From Azolla caroliniana (lineage: Eukaryota > Plantae > Polypodiophyta), in NCBI GenBank assembly GCA_043228905.1, contig JBHGNT010000015.1, forward strand, positions 14,942,001 to 15,006,000: a stretch of DNA of 64,000 nucleotides. Direction: 5' to 3'. Position 1 is the first letter of the stretch, and every line of letters begins with the position of its first letter. Under the pieces are notes generated by a model. It searched no databases. It was not told the origin of the DNA and saw only the letters and a list, made by a program, of their open reading frames with translations. This document shows positions 60,472-64,000 of this stretch, piece by piece. The position numbers and the translations under genes were made by a program.

Positions 60472-61841
60472 ACGCGCAGAAACACGGCATCGACTACGAT
60501 GAGACATTTGCGCCGGTCGCGAAAATGACGACCGTCCGGGTTATGCTCGCAGTAGCCGCGGCCAAGGGGTGGCACCTACATCAAATGGATGTAAAGAATG
60601 CGTTCCTGCAAGGTGACCTTGAGGAACAAGTGTACATGGTACAGCCCCCCGGATTTCACTCCGGAACGAACTCCTCGGCGGTATGCCGACTGAAGAAGTC
60701 CCTTTACGGACTGAAGCAAGCCCCGCGTGCCTGGAACGCAAAGATCATGCAACAACTGCGTCGGATGGGCTTCGTCACGTCAAAACCGGACTCTTCCCTG
60801 TTCATCCAGAAAGGTCGACTCGGACCAGTTAGTATTTTACTATATGTTAATGACTTGGTCATCGCCGGCGCCGACCTAGGTGAAATCGACCGCGTGAAGC
60901 TCTAGCTTCCGGCATCGTTCGACATAAAGGATCTGGGGGACATTCATTACTTCCTCGGGATCGAAGTGATCCGTACCCCCGAAGGCATATTGATCAGCCA
61001 ACGTCACTACGTGCTGAGTATGATCTTCAAATTCGGGATGGCCGACTGTAAGTCCGTCTCGACTCCTCTGGACAGAACCGTCAAGCTTCGTCCCGATACG
61101 GGAAAGGTATGCGACTCGACGAGGTTCCGACAAATTGTCGGAAGCCTCATATACTTGACCATCACCCGACCCGACCTCAGTTATCCGGTCGGGGTGATCA
61201 GTCAGTTCATGGCGCGACCTACCGAGGAGCACCTTCAGTGTGCGCAACGCGTACTGCGGTACGTAAGTGGCACTAAGGACCGCGGACTGCTATATCGGAC
61301 CGGTGTAGCCACGCAGTTAGTCGCCTACACCGATGCTAATTGGGCTGGCAACGTCGCCGATCGCCGATCCACGTCTGGATACGCGTTCTCCCTCGGGAGT
61401 GCCGCGATCGCGTGGAGTAGTAAGAAGCAGCCGACAGTTGCACTGTCGAGCACCGAAGCTGAGTACCGAGGAGCGGCTGTCGCGACATGCGAAGCCATAT
61501 GGTTGAAGCGGCTACTTACGAAATTGCAAGAGGAGGTGTCAGATTCGACGACGATCTACTGCGACAACCTCAACAGCATCCAACTCGCGAAAAACCCCGT
61601 TTTCCACGCACGGACCAAGCACATTGAGGTGCATTACCATTTCGTCCGTGAGCGTGTCCTTTCCGGTAATTATGTCTTGTTTGTGAATGAAGAAATAGCT
61701 CCCTAGTGCAAGGTTTCTTGTATTTTGAATTCATTAATACGAATTGTCTATACCATATTATTTGAACCTTAATTTGTTGGACTACCTTTTGTATGTGGCA
61801 ATATCGAAGGCTTTTCTATGTGGTGTTTGTATCAAGAAGGT

Positions 61842-61915
61842 GCTTTCGTAGCTTAGTTGGTGAGAACACCTGTTTAGTAAGCAGGAGGTTTTGAGTTCAA
61901 CTCTCAATGAAAGCA
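61842..61915 (+). pseudogene. tRNA-Thr(AGT), D-stem damaged
   Basis: 74 nt; anticodon arm CCTGT-TTAGTAA-GCAGG; D-stem mismatch. Confidence 0.75.
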
Positions 61916-63361
61916 AGCCTAAGTTGTGCTTTTCCCTCATTTAGTTTGATATGTTTTGTTAGTGTATTATATATGCATCGTATTTCAACTTTAAAATAGA
62001 CCTTGTTGTGAATGCAATTTTGCTAAACCATTAAGTCGTTACAATATGTCGAGCCCTAACACTTTTATAGATCGATCAATCGTCTTGCTTTAGTAACATA
62101 CATATATTATAAAACAATCATCATATATTCATGTCGTTTTTATGTAGTTCGTATTTATAGGCTCAAGTAGATGGTTGAGTATCTAATCTTGACATCTTGC
62201 GCCCAGCAAGGCTGGAACCTCGGATCTTAGAGTTAATAGTCATCCGCTCCAGCCAACTGAGCTATTGAAGCACGTAAATTTTGCACATAATTAGGTTTCT
62301 AATTACCTTTTAAATATCAATTGGTCGGTTCCGGCAATTAATATGCGGAAGATATGTAGTTTTGCTTGAAATGAACGGAACCTCCACCTCATGCCATTAT
62401 TATCATTGAAAAAATATAATTGCTTCCCTCAATTAAATCTCTAATGTTTTTTAACAAATATTTGTTGACTCTCAAGGAACGCAATCACTAATCACACATT
62501 TATCTGACTTATTTTTGGATTTCTTTTTTCACGCATAAATTATGTCTTATTTCTTAATAAAGAATTAGCTACCGAGTCCGAAGCCCCTTCTAGTTTTAAT
62601 TGATTAATCCAAATGATTTACTTTGAGGTGTTTTTTTAGTGTATTATATATGCATCGTATTTCAATCTTAAAAGAGACATTGTTTTCCTTATCTGTGAAT
62701 CCAATTCTTCTATCCCATTGTGGCGTTACAATTTCGTCGACCGGAACACTTCTATAGATAGATCGATTTTTAAATCCTCTCAAAGTTTTTGCTGAGGATT
62801 CAAAGTAGGGTATGCCCGTCCTTGTTTTTTAATTTGTGTATCTTGTTAGCTAACTTCTAATTAAATACATGACTTATATTATAAAACAATCATAATATGT
62901 TCATGTGGTTTTTTATGTAGTTCATATTGATAGGTTCAAGTACATGGGTTTAATATGTAATCTTGACATGCTGCTCCAAGGAGGGGTTTGAACCTTCAAC
63001 CTTGTGCTTAATAACCATACACTCTAGCCAACTGAGCTACTGTACTGTACGTAATTCTTGTTTGAAAATTAGGTCTCTCATTACCTTTTATGATACTTGG
63101 TAATAAAGAATTGTGGACGCTAAATGAAAGAAATCAATAATCCTATATTTAGCTAACTTATTTGCAGATGTCTTTTTTGTGCATGGTAATTATGTCTTTT
63201 TTGTGAATAAAGAAATAGCTCCCGAGTGCAAGGTTCCTTGTATTTTGAATTCTTTAATACGAATTGTCTATACGAAATGATTTGAACCTCAATTTGCTGG
63301 ACTATCTTTTGTATGTGGCAATATCGAAGACTTTTCTATGTGGTGTTTACCTTAAGAAGGT

Positions 63362-63435
63362 GCTTTTGTAGCTCAGTTGGTTAGAGCACCTGTTTAGTAA
63401 GTGGGAGGTTTTGAGTTCAACTCTCAATGAAAGCA
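63362..63435 (+). tRNA. tRNA-Thr(AGT), best-preserved copy, possibly a pseudogene
   Basis: Closely resembles plant tRNA-Thr(AGT); several G-U pairs in the acceptor and anticodon stems. Confidence 0.6.
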
Positions 63436-64000
63436 AACCCAAGTCATGCTTTTCCCTCATTTAGTTTGATGTGTTTTTTTAGTGTATTATATATGCATCG
63501 TATTTTAATCTTTAAATAGACCTTGTTGTCTTTATCTTTGAATCCAATTTTGCTAAACCATTATGTCGTTACAATTTTTCGAGACGGAACACTTCTATAG
63601 ATCTATCGATCGCCCTACTTTAGAAACATATGTAGATTATAAAACAATCATCATATATTTATGTCGTTTTTATGTAGTTCATATTTTGAGGTTGAAGTAC
63701 ATGGTTGAATATCTAACCTCGACATATCGCGGCAAAGACGGCTTGACCCTCTTATCTTATGGTTAACAGCTATACGCTCTAGCCATTGTGTTATTACAAT
63801 TTGTTGAGTTGGAACACTTCTATATATCAATCGATTTTTACGTCCCCTTAAAGTTTTTGTTGAGCATTCAGAGCAGGGTATACCCGTTTTTCTTTTTTAG
63901 TGCATGTATCTTGTAGGCTAACTTCTAATGAAATACATGCAATAACATGGTTTGTATTCTCATCGTGCTTTAATAACATATGTAGATTATCAAAATAATC

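Larger units (their letters stand above)
55568..61667 (+). mobile_element. 3'-truncated decayed Copia, same family as 34421-40665, opposite orientation
   Basis: 5' LTR 55568-56016 (TG...CA), PBS TGGTATCAGAGC 56017-56028, gag-pol pieces through RNase H (HARTKHIEVHYHFVRE), then an abrupt return to tRNA-unit spacer. Confidence 0.93.
50641..64000. repeat. Older ~1.5-kb tRNA-Thr/tRNA-Asn superunits with degenerate tRNA-Asn copies (51252, 51965 partial, 52600, 55392, 62198, 62972, 63728)
   Basis: Spacer blocks recur at 52.1-53.2, 61.7-63.2 and 63.2-64.0 kb, and also at 14.4-15.3 and 30.7-31.7 kb; the two right-hand Thr genes are 1520 bp apart. Confidence 0.85.

Overview
Eukaryotic, gene-poor, repeat-dense nuclear DNA; the retroelement families and tRNAs look plant-like, and a moss (Funariaceae-like) origin is my inference. 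Left to right: (1) 1-10830 is a decayed minus-strand Gypsy element with a tRNA-Trp PBS. Its integrase is split by a young, intact Copia (657-5953, 592-bp LTRs, CCTAT TSD). (2) About 10.8-26.1 kb is a probable Sola2-like DNA transposon. It holds an intron-containing transposase pseudogene on +, broken by a 4.8-kb duplicated block, and a convergent multi-exon coiled-coil/RING-H2 gene on -. (3) 26-28.5 kb is a stack of Gypsy LTR and pol fragments. (4) About 28.4-64 kb is a tRNA-gene satellite. The window holds roughly 50 tRNA-Asn(GTT) genes and pseudogenes, all on -, plus 5 tRNA-Thr(AGT) relics on +. The satellite core is a 278+408=686-bp dimer organised into a 1372-bp higher-order repeat. It is interspersed with LINE RT fragments and two inverted decayed Copia copies that share the same nested solo LTR. 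No ordinary host gene, rRNA or CRISPR array was seen. All coordinates were read by eye.
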